Assembly (NCBI GenBank): GCA_050178385.1
Contig: JBFXGD010000014.1
Span: 1 to 39,423, forward strand
Source of the DNA: Calditrichaceae bacterium
GTDB taxonomy: Bacteria; Calditrichota; Calditrichia; Calditrichales; JBFXGD01
DNA: 39,423 bases
Direction: 5' to 3'
Below, piece after piece: positions 10,335 to 20,708 of the stretch. The translations under genes and the position numbers were made by a program. How positions within the stretch are numbered: position 1 is the first letter of the stretch; the number at the start of each line of letters is the position of its first letter. The notes beneath the pieces were generated by a model. It had not been told where the DNA came from. It searched no databases and was given only the letters and a program-made list of their open reading frames with translations.

Positions 10335-10491
10335 TAATTTGATGTTTTATGACTTTTCAATAACAAAATTATATTGTTTTATTTGTTATCTCATCGAAAC
10401 TGTCTTTTTGGGATTTGGAGTTTGTTCTATATATAAGTAGATAAATATTCGCTTGGAAAGTACTTATTAAAATATCTGATGGGGAGAGAGA

Positions 10492-11694
10492 ATGAGTAAA
10501 GCCAATATGAAAAAGGCACATTTTGCAACCTTATGTGTTCACGGTTCCGGTGGGATTGATCCGTTAACCGGAGCGGTGGGAATTCCTATTTATCAGACAT
10601 CGACATTCGCTTTTGAAAGCGCGAAGGCCGGCGCGGAAATATTTTCCGGAGAAAAAGAAGGATATGTATATACCCGTATCGCGAATCCTACCCAGGGCGC
10701 GTTCGAAAAGGAAATGGCCTTTTTGGAAGGCGGTGAAGCGGCGCTTGCTTTCGGGTCGGGTATGGCGGCTATAAGTGGTATCATCTTGTCTCTATGTGAG
10801 GCGGGCGACAATTTTGTGTCATCTGATACTTTATACGGCGGTACGCATAATTTATTCAAGGAAACACTTCCCCGCTACGCGATCGATGCCAGGGAAGTGA
10901 ACGCGTTAAAGTTGGAAACTATCGTTGATGCGATTGATGAAAAAACAAGACTAATCTATATCGAAACCCCTGCAAATCCGACCCTGACGATTATAGATAT
11001 CGCGGAAGTTGTGAAAATTGCAAAGAAACATCATATTCCGGTTGTGGTGGATAATACCTTTTCAACCCCGTATTTTCAAAGGCCGCTTGAATTGGGTGCA
11101 GACATTGCTGTTCATTCAGCGACAAAATACATCGGCGGTCATGGCGATACCGTGGCGGGTGTGGTTGTCGGGAAAAAAGAATACATTGACGAGTTAAGGG
11201 CAAAATATCTCAGGGATTTTGGCGGTATTATTAGTCCGCTTAATGCCTGGCTGCTTGTGCGCGGATTAAAAACACTGGCGATCCGTATGGAAAGGCATCA
11301 GGATAATGCCTTTCTGGTGGCTAAATTTTTACAATTTCATCCAAAGGTAGAGCATGTCTGGTTCCCGGGATTAAAGACGCATCCGCAGTATGAAATCGCA
11401 AAAAAACAGATGAGCGGATTTGGCGGTATGGTAAGTTTTGAGCTAAAAGGCGGCAGAAAAGCAGGCGAACAGCTTATGAATTCCGTTGAACTCTTTACGC
11501 TCGCGGTTAGTCTCGGTGATGTGGATTCACTAATCGAACATCCGGCGTCCATGACGCATTCGACTTATTCCGCTGATGAATTGAAAGATGTCGGTATTTC
11601 CGAGAGTCTTGTCAGGCTTTCCGTGGGTATTGAAGATCCGAATGATCTTATAGATGATTTGTCACAGGCTCTTAGAAAAATAAAAGTTTGCTGA
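10492..11694 (+). CDS. PLP-dependent trans-sulfuration enzyme, methionine gamma-lyase-like
   Basis: YTRIANPT, ETPANP, VDNTF, HSATKYIGGHGD (PLP Lys), LAVSLGDVDSLIEHPASMTHS. It has LYGGT rather than the LYGCT of classical MGL, so specificity is uncertain. Confidence 0.85.
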   Translation: MSKANMKKAHFATLCVHGSGGIDPLTGAVGIPIYQTSTFAFESAKAGAEIFSGEKEGYVYTRIANPTQGAFEKEMAFLEGGEAALAFGSGMAAISGIILSLCEAGDNFVSSDTLYGGTHNLFKETLPRYAIDAREVNALKLETIVDAIDEKTRLIYIETPANPTLTIIDIAEVVKIAKKHHIPVVVDNTFSTPYFQRPLELGADIAVHSATKYIGGHGDTVAGVVVGKKEYIDELRAKYLRDFGGIISPLNAWLLVRGLKTLAIRMERHQDNAFLVAKFLQFHPKVEHVWFPGLKTHPQYEIAKKQMSGFGGMVSFELKGGRKAGEQLMNSVELFTLAVSLGDVDSLIEHPASMTHSTYSADELKDVGISESLVRLSVGIEDPNDLIDDLSQALRKIKVC

Positions 11695-11789
11695 TTATTA
11701 TTAATGGATATATTCCGGATTACGATAATTAGAATGGTGTTAATCCTGAAATTTGAAATGGATATAGTCAAAAACAACTTGGAGGCAGT

Positions 11790-12725
11790 GTGCGGAGTTT
11801 AGTTACGGGCGGCGCGGGATTTATAGGTTCATATCTTTGCGACCGGTTAGTGCGGGAAGGACATGATGTCATATGTCTGGACAATTTTTTCACAGGCAGC
11901 AAAAAAAACATAGAGCATCTCAGGGATTATGCGAATTTTGAGTTGGTAAGACATGATATCATCGAGCCAATCCTTCTTGAAGTAGATCAGATTTATCATT
12001 TTGCCTGTCCGGCTTCTCCTGTTCATTACCAGTATAATCCGGTTAAAACTACAAAAACAAGCGTCATGGGGACAATTAATATGCTTGGGCTTGCAAAAAG
12101 GGTACATGCCCGAATCCTTCTGGCGAGCACATCCGAAGTGTACGGTGATCCGGTAGTCCACCCGCAAAAGGAAGATTACTGGGGAAATGTGAATCCGATC
12201 GGCATCCGAAGCTGCTATGACGAAGGTAAGCGTGTGGCGGAAACTCTGATGATGGATTATTACCGGCAAAATAAAGTGGATATCAAAATCATACGTATAT
12301 TCAATACATACGGTCCGCGTATGGCTCCGAACGACGGACGGGTGGTCAGTAATTTTATCATTCAGGCTTTGAAAAATGAAAATATTACTGTATATGGTGA
12401 CGGGAGCCAGACACGCTCCTTTCAGTACATTGATGATCTGGTTGAAGGTGTGCGACGAATGATGGACAAAGAGAATTTTATCGGACCGGTGAATATTGGC
12501 AACCCGGATGAATTTACGATCTTCTCCCTGGCGGAAAAAGTGATTCAAATGACCGGTTCCGGTTCTAAAATTATCAAGATGCCTCTACCGGCGGATGATC
12601 CATCGCAGCGGCAGCCCGATATCAGTCTGGCAAGAGAAAAACTCGGCTGGGAACCTAAGATAAATCTGTCTGATGGTCTGGTTAAAACCATTGAATATTT
12701 TCAGGGCATGTTGAAGCAGAACTGA
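11790..12725 (+). CDS. UDP-glucuronate decarboxylase (UDP-xylose synthase), SDR family
   Basis: [53 protein letters not shown]. Confidence 0.93.
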   Translation: MRSLVTGGAGFIGSYLCDRLVREGHDVICLDNFFTGSKKNIEHLRDYANFELVRHDIIEPILLEVDQIYHFACPASPVHYQYNPVKTTKTSVMGTINMLGLAKRVHARILLASTSEVYGDPVVHPQKEDYWGNVNPIGIRSCYDEGKRVAETLMMDYYRQNKVDIKIIRIFNTYGPRMAPNDGRVVSNFIIQALKNENITVYGDGSQTRSFQYIDDLVEGVRRMMDKENFIGPVNIGNPDEFTIFSLAEKVIQMTGSGSKIIKMPLPADDPSQRQPDISLAREKLGWEPKINLSDGLVKTIEYFQGMLKQN

Positions 12726-13033
12726 ATATAAGCCGCTGCTAATGGAAACGAAGTTTTGATTAAAGTCAGGATATTTTTTTAAAAATTTTTAAATGCTGAT
12801 TAACAGCCGTGTGAATTATGATTTATGTGTCACACGGTCGCTTGTCAATAATCATTTTTAGCAATCTGATGAATTATATTCGGACTGCTTAAACTCGTAC
12901 ATCATAAAAAATCTTTCGAAACACCGCCTTCATTTCAGGCCGGCGCGGACGACTCCGGTCAGAGTATTATTTCGTCAAATAATTCAATTCAGAGATGCTC
13001 TTTTCTTCCTGTCTGATACCCGTCTAAATATTT

Positions 13034-13062
13034 TTGAAAACCCGCAGGAATTTTATTAAATT
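13034..13062 (+). promoter_or_regulatory. Putative sigma70 promoter of the yebC-ruvCAB operon
   Basis: TTGAAA-17 bp-TAAATT, then AGGAGG RBS and ATG 13092. Confidence 0.55.
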
Positions 13063-13091
13063 CATATTCTGTAATATTTAGGAGGAAATAT

Positions 13092-13844
13092 ATGTCAGGT
13101 CACTCCAAATGGCATTCAATTAAACATAAAAAAGCAAAAATTGATGCTGCAAGGGGCAGGGTTTTTACAAAAATTATTAAAGAATTGACTGTATCCGCAA
13201 GAATGGGTGGAGGGGATCCCGAAGCTAATCCGCGGTTACGCTCAGCGCTGGCCGCCGCAAAAGCGGCAAATATGCCGGCTAAAAACATTGACAATGCGAT
13301 AAAAAAAGGAACGGGTGAAATGCCCGGTGTTGTCTATGAAGATATGGTGTATGAGGGGTATGGACCCGGAGGCGTGGCGCTTTATATTTCCGCGGTAACC
13401 GACAACAAAAACCGCACCGTAGCTGAAGTCCGTCATCTTTTAAGCAAATATGGCGGCAACCTGGGTGAATCCGGAAGTGTGGCCTGGATGTTTGACAGGA
13501 AAGGTATGATTACCGTCCCCAGAGAAAACTATACGGAAGAAGATCTCATGGAGATGGTGCTGGAATGCGGTGGCGAAGATATGATCACCGAGGAAGAATA
13601 TTATATCATTTACACATCTTATGAAGATTTCAATCAGATTCGGTCCCATCTTGAGGAAAAGAGTATCATCATCGAAGAGGCGCAGATTAGCATGATTCCG
13701 CAGACCACGGTCAATCTGGAAGGAAAGTCTGCCGAGCAGATGATGAAATTAATGGATATTTTGGACGAACACGATGACGTACAAAATGTGTTTGCTAATT
13801 TTGATATTGAAGATTCCGAACTGGAACGGATTCTGGATGAATAA
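13092..13844 (+). CDS. yebC: YebC/PmpR family protein
   Basis: MSGHSKWHSIKHKK, YEGYGPGG, TDNKNRT, DDVQNV. Confidence 0.96.
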   Translation: MSGHSKWHSIKHKKAKIDAARGRVFTKIIKELTVSARMGGGDPEANPRLRSALAAAKAANMPAKNIDNAIKKGTGEMPGVVYEDMVYEGYGPGGVALYISAVTDNKNRTVAEVRHLLSKYGGNLGESGSVAWMFDRKGMITVPRENYTEEDLMEMVLECGGEDMITEEEYYIIYTSYEDFNQIRSHLEEKSIIIEEAQISMIPQTTVNLEGKSAEQMMKLMDILDEHDDVQNVFANFDIEDSELERILDE

Positions 13845-14348
13845 ATGTCAAGAATAAAAATTCTGGGTATTGATCCCGGATTGAACGTCACCGGATATGG
13901 AATGATAGAAATAGCTGAGAATGAAAATCCTCAGCTATTTACGTATGGGCATATTCGAACAAATGCCCGGAAAAGTTTGTCAGAAAGGCTGCATCAGATA
14001 TACAGCGGATTAAATGAAGTGATTATTGAGCATCAGCCGGATTTTATGGCGATTGAAGATCTTTTCTATGCTGAGAATGTCAAAACCGCCATCATTATGG
14101 GCCACGCGCGCGGCGCGGCGATTGTTGCCGGTATGAATAACGGAGTTGATGTTACGGAATACACGGCGCGTGAAGTAAAAATGTCGGTTGTGGGGAATGG
14201 CGCCGCCGCTAAGTCTCAGGTGCAGTTTATGGTGCGGAATATTCTTGGCGTGAAAGAAAAAATTGAACCGGACGATGCTTCCGATGCCCTGGCTGTCGCG
14301 TTATGCAAATGGCACAGACTCGGAAAAGAAAAAAAGTTGGGTAGGTAG
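13845..14348 (+). CDS. ruvC: Holliday junction resolvase RuvC
   Basis: ILGIDPG, AIEDLF, GHARG, K..QVQFMV, DDASDALAVA. Confidence 0.96.
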   Translation: MSRIKILGIDPGLNVTGYGMIEIAENENPQLFTYGHIRTNARKSLSERLHQIYSGLNEVIIEHQPDFMAIEDLFYAENVKTAIIMGHARGAAIVAGMNNGVDVTEYTAREVKMSVVGNGAAAKSQVQFMVRNILGVKEKIEPDDASDALAVALCKWHRLGKEKKLGR

Positions 14349-14354
14349 TCCGAT

Positions 14355-14954
14355 ATGTTTGAGTATATTTCAGGAAAACTCGTGGTAAAGCGGGCCACCG
14401 ACGCGGTTGTCGATGTGGGGGGATTAGGATATCACCTGAAAATTAGTTTATCCACATCTCAGCGACTGCCCGGTGAAGGTGAAATGGTTGTGCTTAAGTC
14501 CTATTTGCATGTTCGCGAAGATGTGATGCAGCTGTACGGATTCGCGGATGACAATGAGCGGGAGATATTTCTTGGACTCCTTTCCATCTCAGGAGTGGGG
14601 CCAAAACTGGCGCAGACTATTCTCTCCGGTTTTTCACCGGAAAAACTCGTGTTTTCCATACGTCAGGGTGACGAGAAATCGCTTAGCTCGATCTCGGGTA
14701 TTGGCAAAAAAACCGCACAGCGCCTTATCGTGGAGTTGAAAGATAAATTTGGCAAAATGATTCTTAACGAAGACTCCGGAACCGAAAAAGCTGAAGCTGC
14801 ATCGCTGAATGATGTAGAACGGGAAGCGGTTCTGGCTCTGGTTTCGCTGGGATATCCGAAACCTTCCGCAGAAAAAGCAATCGGACGCGCTCAGAAAGCA
14901 GGAAAAATTCTGACCGTTGAGGAAATGATTAAAAAAGCACTCCAGACAATTTGA
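14355..14954 (+). CDS. ruvA: Holliday junction branch migration protein RuvA
   Basis: HVREDVMQLYGF, ISGVGPKLA, GIGKKTAQRLIVELKDK, ALVSLGY. Confidence 0.96.
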   Translation: MFEYISGKLVVKRATDAVVDVGGLGYHLKISLSTSQRLPGEGEMVVLKSYLHVREDVMQLYGFADDNEREIFLGLLSISGVGPKLAQTILSGFSPEKLVFSIRQGDEKSLSSISGIGKKTAQRLIVELKDKFGKMILNEDSGTEKAEAASLNDVEREAVLALVSLGYPKPSAEKAIGRAQKAGKILTVEEMIKKALQTI

Positions 14955-14965
14955 AAATATAAATT

Positions 14966-15991
14966 ATGAATGAGTTAATAAGACCCGATCGAATCGATGA
15001 AGATGATGATATAGACATCAGTCTCCGTCCGCAGAAATTGGCTGATTTTGTGGGTCAGCAAAAGGTGAAAGATAACCTTGCGGTATTTATCGAAGCCGCG
15101 AAACAGAGGGGGGAAGCGCTTGATCATGTCTTGTTATACGGGCCTCCGGGATTAGGAAAAACTACCCTGGCGATTATTCTCAGCAAAGAGCTGAATGTTG
15201 ATATAAAAACCACATCGGGGCCTGTTCTTGAACGCGCCGGCGATCTCGCGGGCTTGCTTACAAATTTGAATGAACTTGATGTCCTGTTTATCGATGAAAT
15301 TCATCGCGTTAATAGCGTGGTGGAAGAATATCTTTATTCCGCCATGGAAGATTATTATATATCGATTATCATCGATAAGGGGCCGAGTGCGCGATCCGTT
15401 CAGCTGAATTTAGCGCCCTTTACCCTGGTTGGTGCTACTACCAGAGCGGGATTATTAACATCGCCCATGAGAGCCCGTTTCGGCGTCGTGTTGAGGCTGG
15501 ACTATTATCTTCCGGAGGATTTGTTCAAAATTATAAAGCGTTCGGCAAAAATACTGAATGTGGAAATCGAAGATGAAGGGGCTATGGAAATCGCCAGGCG
15601 GTCGCGCGGAACACCCAGAATTGCAAATCGTCTTTTGAGAAGAACCCGGGATTTTGCCCAAATCATTGCTGATAATAAGATAACAAAAGATGTGGCGAAT
15701 CATGCTCTGGCACGACTCGATGTCGATGAGAATGGTCTGGATGATATGGATAAACGGATCCTGCTCACGATTATTGAAAAATATCAGGGTGGACCGGTGG
15801 GTTTGAACACAATCGCGGTCGCTGTAGGAGAAGAAAGCGATACCATAGAAGAAGTATGTGAACCTTTTTTGATTCAGCAGGGTTACATCAAACGGACGCC
15901 TAGAGGGCGTGTCGTGACGGCCCTTGCCTACGAGCATTTCGGCAAAAAGCCGGATGATAAGGATTCATTAAACCAGGCTTCACTTTTTTAG
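14966..15991 (+). CDS. ruvB: Holliday junction branch migration helicase RuvB
   Basis: [41 protein letters not shown]. Confidence 0.98.
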   Translation: MNELIRPDRIDEDDDIDISLRPQKLADFVGQQKVKDNLAVFIEAAKQRGEALDHVLLYGPPGLGKTTLAIILSKELNVDIKTTSGPVLERAGDLAGLLTNLNELDVLFIDEIHRVNSVVEEYLYSAMEDYYISIIIDKGPSARSVQLNLAPFTLVGATTRAGLLTSPMRARFGVVLRLDYYLPEDLFKIIKRSAKILNVEIEDEGAMEIARRSRGTPRIANRLLRRTRDFAQIIADNKITKDVANHALARLDVDENGLDDMDKRILLTIIEKYQGGPVGLNTIAVAVGEESDTIEEVCEPFLIQQGYIKRTPRGRVVTALAYEHFGKKPDDKDSLNQASLF

Positions 15992-16018
15992 AGCGAATAT
16001 GATTAAGAGGAGTAATAG

Positions 16019-17050
16019 ATGAAATTATCGGAGTTTAAATTTGACATTCCTGAGGAACTTATCGCCCAATACCCTTTAGAAAATCGCGATGGGTCACGAT
16101 TAATGGTAGTTGACAGAAAAGAAGGAACTTCGGTCAGCAAAGGATTCAAAGATCTGCTCGAATATCTCAACGAAGGTGATGCTCTCGTTGTAAACGAGAC
16201 CAAAGTATTTCCGGCAAGATTGTTCGGTACTAAGGAAAAAACAGATGCTCAGGTTGAATTGTTATTGTTAAGACAGCTCGAAAAGAGCATGTGGGAAGTG
16301 CTGGTTAAACCGGCCAGAAAGGTAAGAGTGGGGAATCGCATCCAGATCACAGATAATTTCGGGTGTGATGTTATTGATAACACAACTTCCGGTGGGAGGG
16401 TTGTCCGGTTTGATTATAACGGTCAGGATTTTTTTGATCTGATCACCGAAGTCGGAAAATCACCCCTGCCCCCTTATATCAAAAGGGAAGCGGAAGAAGT
16501 TGACCGTGAAAAATATCAGACCGTTTACGCCAATAAAATAGGGGCGGTAGCGGCACCGACCGCCGGATTGCATTTCACTGAAGAATTCCTTGGAAAAATT
16601 AAAGAAAAAGGTGTCAAAATTATTCCGGTGGTACTGCATGTGGGGCTTGGAACTTTCCGTCCGATTCAGGTGGAGGATATTACCCGTCATCAGATGGATT
16701 CCGAATTCTTTGAAATTACCGCGGAATCTGCCGAACGGATAAATCAGGTAAAAACGAACGGTGGAAAGATTGTGGCGGTTGGCACTACAACGGTTCGGGC
16801 TCTTGAATCCGCCGCTAACGCGGATAAACTTGTCAGAGCCGAATCCGGATGGACAGACAAATTTATTTATCCCGGCTATCAGTTTAAAATTATTGATTCT
16901 CTTGTGACAAATTTTCACATTTCCGGATCGACTTTATTTATGCTTGTTTCGGCCCTTGCCGGTAAAGATCTTATGATGAATGCCTATGAAATGGCAGTAA
17001 AAGATAAATACCGGTTTTACAGTTACGGTGACGCGATGTTAATCCTGTAA
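16019..17050 (+). CDS. queA: S-adenosylmethionine:tRNA ribosyltransferase-isomerase
   Basis: LIAQYP, PLPPYI, YQTVYA, AAPTAGLHF, LHVGLGTF, YRFYSYGDAM. Confidence 0.97.
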   Translation: MKLSEFKFDIPEELIAQYPLENRDGSRLMVVDRKEGTSVSKGFKDLLEYLNEGDALVVNETKVFPARLFGTKEKTDAQVELLLLRQLEKSMWEVLVKPARKVRVGNRIQITDNFGCDVIDNTTSGGRVVRFDYNGQDFFDLITEVGKSPLPPYIKREAEEVDREKYQTVYANKIGAVAAPTAGLHFTEEFLGKIKEKGVKIIPVVLHVGLGTFRPIQVEDITRHQMDSEFFEITAESAERINQVKTNGGKIVAVGTTTVRALESAANADKLVRAESGWTDKFIYPGYQFKIIDSLVTNFHISGSTLFMLVSALAGKDLMMNAYEMAVKDKYRFYSYGDAMLIL

Positions 17051-17113
17051 AGATTGAATAAAGCATTAAAGAAACCGGCTCTGTATTAAACTGATTAATG
17101 GCGGGGATATTCT

Positions 17114-17560
17114 TTGAGAATCGGTAATGGGTATGCTCAAATCAAATACGACGCCGCTCAAAACATTGTGATTGGCGGAATCGATATTATTTCCGGAGAC
17201 ACGACTCAGGTTGTCTGGATGAGAGATGCCGTGGCAATGGCGGTTTCGGATTCACTTTTGGGAGCAGCCGCGCTGGGCGATTTGAACACAATTCAAGGCA
17301 GAGAAAAGGGCAGCTTCCATCTTCTTCGAGAAGTTGAGAAGAAAATCCATTATGCCGGATGGAAGATAAGTAATATTGATCTTACCATCATAATAGAAAA
17401 AGACCGGTTGATCGGTCTTAAAAAGAATATTGCTCAAAATCTGGCGGAAAATCTGTTCATAAATGTCGAGCAGGTAAGTATAAAAGTTGTGGATCAGGAA
17501 AAAAGTGAACCGGCATACGGGGTCTGCTATTGCTCGGCCTTGTTAGAGTCCCGGGAGTAG
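17114..17560 (+). CDS. IspF-like protein lacking catalytic residues (degenerate MECDP synthase homolog)
   Basis: MRIGNG, IVIGG, DSLLGAAALGDL, NIDLTII and VSIK match IspF, but DVH, HSDGD and the His of DVxxH are replaced. TTG start. Confidence 0.75.
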   Translation: MRIGNGYAQIKYDAAQNIVIGGIDIISGDTTQVVWMRDAVAMAVSDSLLGAAALGDLNTIQGREKGSFHLLREVEKKIHYAGWKISNIDLTIIIEKDRLIGLKKNIAQNLAENLFINVEQVSIKVVDQEKSEPAYGVCYCSALLESRE

Positions 17561-17574
17561 GATCAGAGAAGCGT

Positions 17575-18192
17575 ATGTTAAATTCATTACTGGCATTCTT
17601 CGAGCAGATAGATCCCGTACTTGCATATTCGGTTCTTTTTGTTAGCGCGTTTATCGAAAATACATTTCCGCCTATACCGGGCGATACGTGTACAGTCCTT
17701 GGCGCCTATTTAATCAGTTCGGGAAAGCTGGATTTCTGGGGTGTTTATCTTTCTACGACTTTCGGAAGTGTATTTGGATTTTTTACAATGTTTCTTCTGG
17801 GCAAAAATTTCGGGAGATCTTTACTCGATTCAAAACTGGCGGCGAAAACTTTCAAACCTGATCAGGTTAAACGTGTTCAGGTTTGGTTTAGCAGTTATGG
17901 TTATTGGGTGATCGCCGGAAACAGGTTTCTAAGCGGAACAAGAAGTGTTATATCGCTGTTTGCGGGATTTTTTCATCTTAAGTGGATTCCTGTTATTCTG
18001 CTGGCTACATTGAGCGCATTAATTTGGAACGGATTGCTGATTTACGGCGGTTATCTTCTGGGAATTAACTGGCAGATGATTACAGGAATTCTCGGCCAAT
18101 ATAATAAAATTGTAATCGGTTTGACGGTATTAATTATTTTGTATATCATATATCGGAAAAAATTGAAAAAAAAGAAAAAAGAACTCTCTTGA
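17575..18192 (+). CDS. DedA-family membrane protein
   Basis: FIENTFPPIPGD, GNRFLSGTRSVIS, ALIWN. ATG at 17575. Confidence 0.9.
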   Translation: MLNSLLAFFEQIDPVLAYSVLFVSAFIENTFPPIPGDTCTVLGAYLISSGKLDFWGVYLSTTFGSVFGFFTMFLLGKNFGRSLLDSKLAAKTFKPDQVKRVQVWFSSYGYWVIAGNRFLSGTRSVISLFAGFFHLKWIPVILLATLSALIWNGLLIYGGYLLGINWQMITGILGQYNKIVIGLTVLIILYIIYRKKLKKKKKELS

Positions 18193-18216
18193 ATCGAACT
18201 ATAAAACGGGAAAATT

Positions 18217-19659
18217 ATGTCAGAAGTAAGAGTTAGGTTTGCGCCGAGTCCGACCGGTTTTGTGCATGTCGGCAGTTTACGGACGGCTTTATATAATTAT
18301 TTGTTCGCAAAAAATCATAATGGCAAATTCATTCTTAGAATAGAAGATACCGATCAAAACCGCTATGTTGAAGGAGCGGTCGATAATTTGCTCGAAACGT
18401 TAAAATGGGCGGGGCTTGAATATGATGAAGGCCCGGAAAAAAGCGGAGATTACGGGCCATATTATCAGTCTCAGAGGCAGGATATTTATAAAGAACACGT
18501 AAATAATTTATTGGAAACAGACCATGCGTATCCTTGTTTCTGCACGTCAGAACATCTTGAAAAAATGCGTGAGAAGCAGATCGCCGGAAATCTTCCTCCA
18601 AAATACGACGGTACCTGCCGCAGTATTGAGAAAACTGAAGCGCAAAAGCGTATGCGGTCTGAACCATATGTGATCCGCCTGAAAGTGCCTGAAGAAGGCG
18701 AGACGGTTGTAAATGATATTGTCCGGGGAGAGGTTACATTTCAAAGCAATCTTCTTGATGATCAGGTTCTGATCAAGAGCGACGGATTTCCAACGTATCA
18801 CATGGCAAATGTTGTGGATGATCATCTGATGAAAATAACGCATGTCATCAGAGGTGAAGAGTGGCTTCCGAGTACGCCTAAACATATCATTCTTTATCAG
18901 GCTTTTGGATGGGAAGCGCCTCAATTTGCGCACCTTCCGCTTCTTCTGAATGCTGACCGGTCAAAACTAAGCAAGCGTCAGGGGGATGTGGCCGTTGAAG
19001 ACTATCGCGACAAAGGCATTCTGCATCAGGCACTGATCAATTTTGTGGCTTTACTCGGCTGGCATAAGGGTGAAGGAAATGAACAGGAAATATTTTCGCT
19101 CAAGGAATTGATTGAACATTTTTCACTGGATCGGGTAAATAAGGCCGGCGCTGTTTTTGATATGGGAAAACTCGATTGGCTTAACGGCATGTATATACGC
19201 TCAATCCCGGAAAATGAATATCTGGATGAGGGATTTAAATGGTTAAAAAAAGAACTCCTTGATACGGGTGATTCAGATAAGAACCGTGATATTCTGCTCG
19301 CGGTAAGAGATAGTCTGAATAAATTTTCTGAACTTAAAGATAAATCTAAACTTTTCTTTGCGGAAAGCATTGAATCATATTCAGACTCCGCCAAAGAATG
19401 GATAATGCTGCCGGAAAGCCGGAATATATTCATTGAAATGTTAAAACTCCTGGATTCATATAAGGAGCTCAATCTGGACAATTTCAGGGTTCTCATGAAA
19501 GATGTTCAAAAATCTACGGGTGTAAAAGGGAAGAATTTGTGGATGCCGGTACGTTCGGCTATCACAGGTTTGACTGAAGGACCCGAGCTGCCCGCGGTTA
19601 TCAGTGTTTTTGGAATAGATAAAGTTAAACGATTACTGCAACAAGCGATTAAAAATTAG
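18217..19659 (+). CDS. gltX: Glutamate--tRNA ligase
   Basis: RFAPSPTGFVHVGS (HIGH variant), LRIEDTD, HVIRGEEW, KLSKR. Confidence 0.97.
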   Translation: MSEVRVRFAPSPTGFVHVGSLRTALYNYLFAKNHNGKFILRIEDTDQNRYVEGAVDNLLETLKWAGLEYDEGPEKSGDYGPYYQSQRQDIYKEHVNNLLETDHAYPCFCTSEHLEKMREKQIAGNLPPKYDGTCRSIEKTEAQKRMRSEPYVIRLKVPEEGETVVNDIVRGEVTFQSNLLDDQVLIKSDGFPTYHMANVVDDHLMKITHVIRGEEWLPSTPKHIILYQAFGWEAPQFAHLPLLLNADRSKLSKRQGDVAVEDYRDKGILHQALINFVALLGWHKGEGNEQEIFSLKELIEHFSLDRVNKAGAVFDMGKLDWLNGMYIRSIPENEYLDEGFKWLKKELLDTGDSDKNRDILLAVRDSLNKFSELKDKSKLFFAESIESYSDSAKEWIMLPESRNIFIEMLKLLDSYKELNLDNFRVLMKDVQKSTGVKGKNLWMPVRSAITGLTEGPELPAVISVFGIDKVKRLLQQAIKN

Positions 19660-19667
19660 GAAGCGTT

Positions 19668-20672
19668 ATGAAAATTGTTGTTTTGATGGGCGGTGATTCT
19701 ACCGAGCGCGACGTTTCTCTTGTCTCCGGTGACCATATTGCACAAGCTTTGAGCGAAAATGGCCACACAGTCATAAAAGTTGATCCCGCGGGAGACAAAG
19801 AGAGCCAGGAAAATCTCAACAAAGAGCATCATCACTTTATCACCCTTGATCATCCGGATGATTTTACATCATCACTAAACAAAGGTGATCTTTTGTTCAG
19901 GAATATGATGCTGATCAGACGTCTTAAACCGGATTTGGTCTTCAATGCGCTTCATGGAGGCAAGGGTGAAAACGGAATCATTCAAAGTATGCTGGATTCC
20001 GCTGAGATTAAATATACGGGATCAGGTCGAATCGCAAGTATGATTGCCATGGATAAGGATCTCACAAAAACCCTTCTAAGAACAGCAAAATTACCTACCC
20101 CCAGATCACATACCCTTGAGCGTCCGGAAGCATCGAGGAAAAGAATCAAGAAACTCGAATACCCGCAGGTCGTAAAACCGAATGACCAGGGCTCCACAAT
20201 TGGATTGGGAATAGTTAATAATTACGAAGAACTTGAGAATGCGATCGATGAGGCATTCAAATATAGTTCAAAAGTGATCATCGAAGAGTACGTTCCGGGA
20301 AGGGAAATTACTGTCGGTGTAGTTAAATCAAGAATATTGCCGGTGATTGAAATAGCTCCTAAGCACGGGCTTTATGATTATGAATGCAAGTATTCAAACG
20401 GTATGAGTGAATATATAGTCCCGGCGGAATTAAGTGATGAACAAACGAGAAATCTGCAAAATATTGCTTTTAAGGCTCATATCCTTTTAGGTTGCAAAGG
20501 GTATTCCAGAGTTGATTTCCGTCTCACACCGGATGGAGAGCCGTACATACTTGAAGTCAATACACTGCCGGGAATGACCGGCACAAGCCTTTTACCGAAA
20601 GCGGCAAAAGCAGTGGGTATAAATTTTAACTCGTTGGTTGAAATGATCATTGAAGAAGCAATATCCGCCTGA
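19668..20672 (+). CDS. ddl: D-alanine--D-alanine ligase
   Basis: GGDSTERDVSL, ALHGGKGENG, MDK, YDYECKY, RVDF, LEVNTLPGMT. Confidence 0.94.
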   Translation: MKIVVLMGGDSTERDVSLVSGDHIAQALSENGHTVIKVDPAGDKESQENLNKEHHHFITLDHPDDFTSSLNKGDLLFRNMMLIRRLKPDLVFNALHGGKGENGIIQSMLDSAEIKYTGSGRIASMIAMDKDLTKTLLRTAKLPTPRSHTLERPEASRKRIKKLEYPQVVKPNDQGSTIGLGIVNNYEELENAIDEAFKYSSKVIIEEYVPGREITVGVVKSRILPVIEIAPKHGLYDYECKYSNGMSEYIVPAELSDEQTRNLQNIAFKAHILLGCKGYSRVDFRLTPDGEPYILEVNTLPGMTGTSLLPKAAKAVGINFNSLVEMIIEEAISA

Positions 20673-20708
20673 TCAATTAGCCTTTACAAAATTCAAAGAT
20701 GGTTATAA

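Noticed and set aside
10232..10491. SAM riboswitch upstream of the methionine gamma-lyase-like gene
   Set aside because: TTATC...GATAA ends are present, but the SAM-I core (GAGGGA..GCCC, GCAACC, GTGC) is absent and the region is simply AT-rich.
11847..12548. Long antisense or overlapping ORFs (e.g. 11847-12548, 15455-15937, 32852-33379, 5-247)
   Set aside because: They lie opposite well-conserved genes and show no motifs, so they are shadow ORFs.
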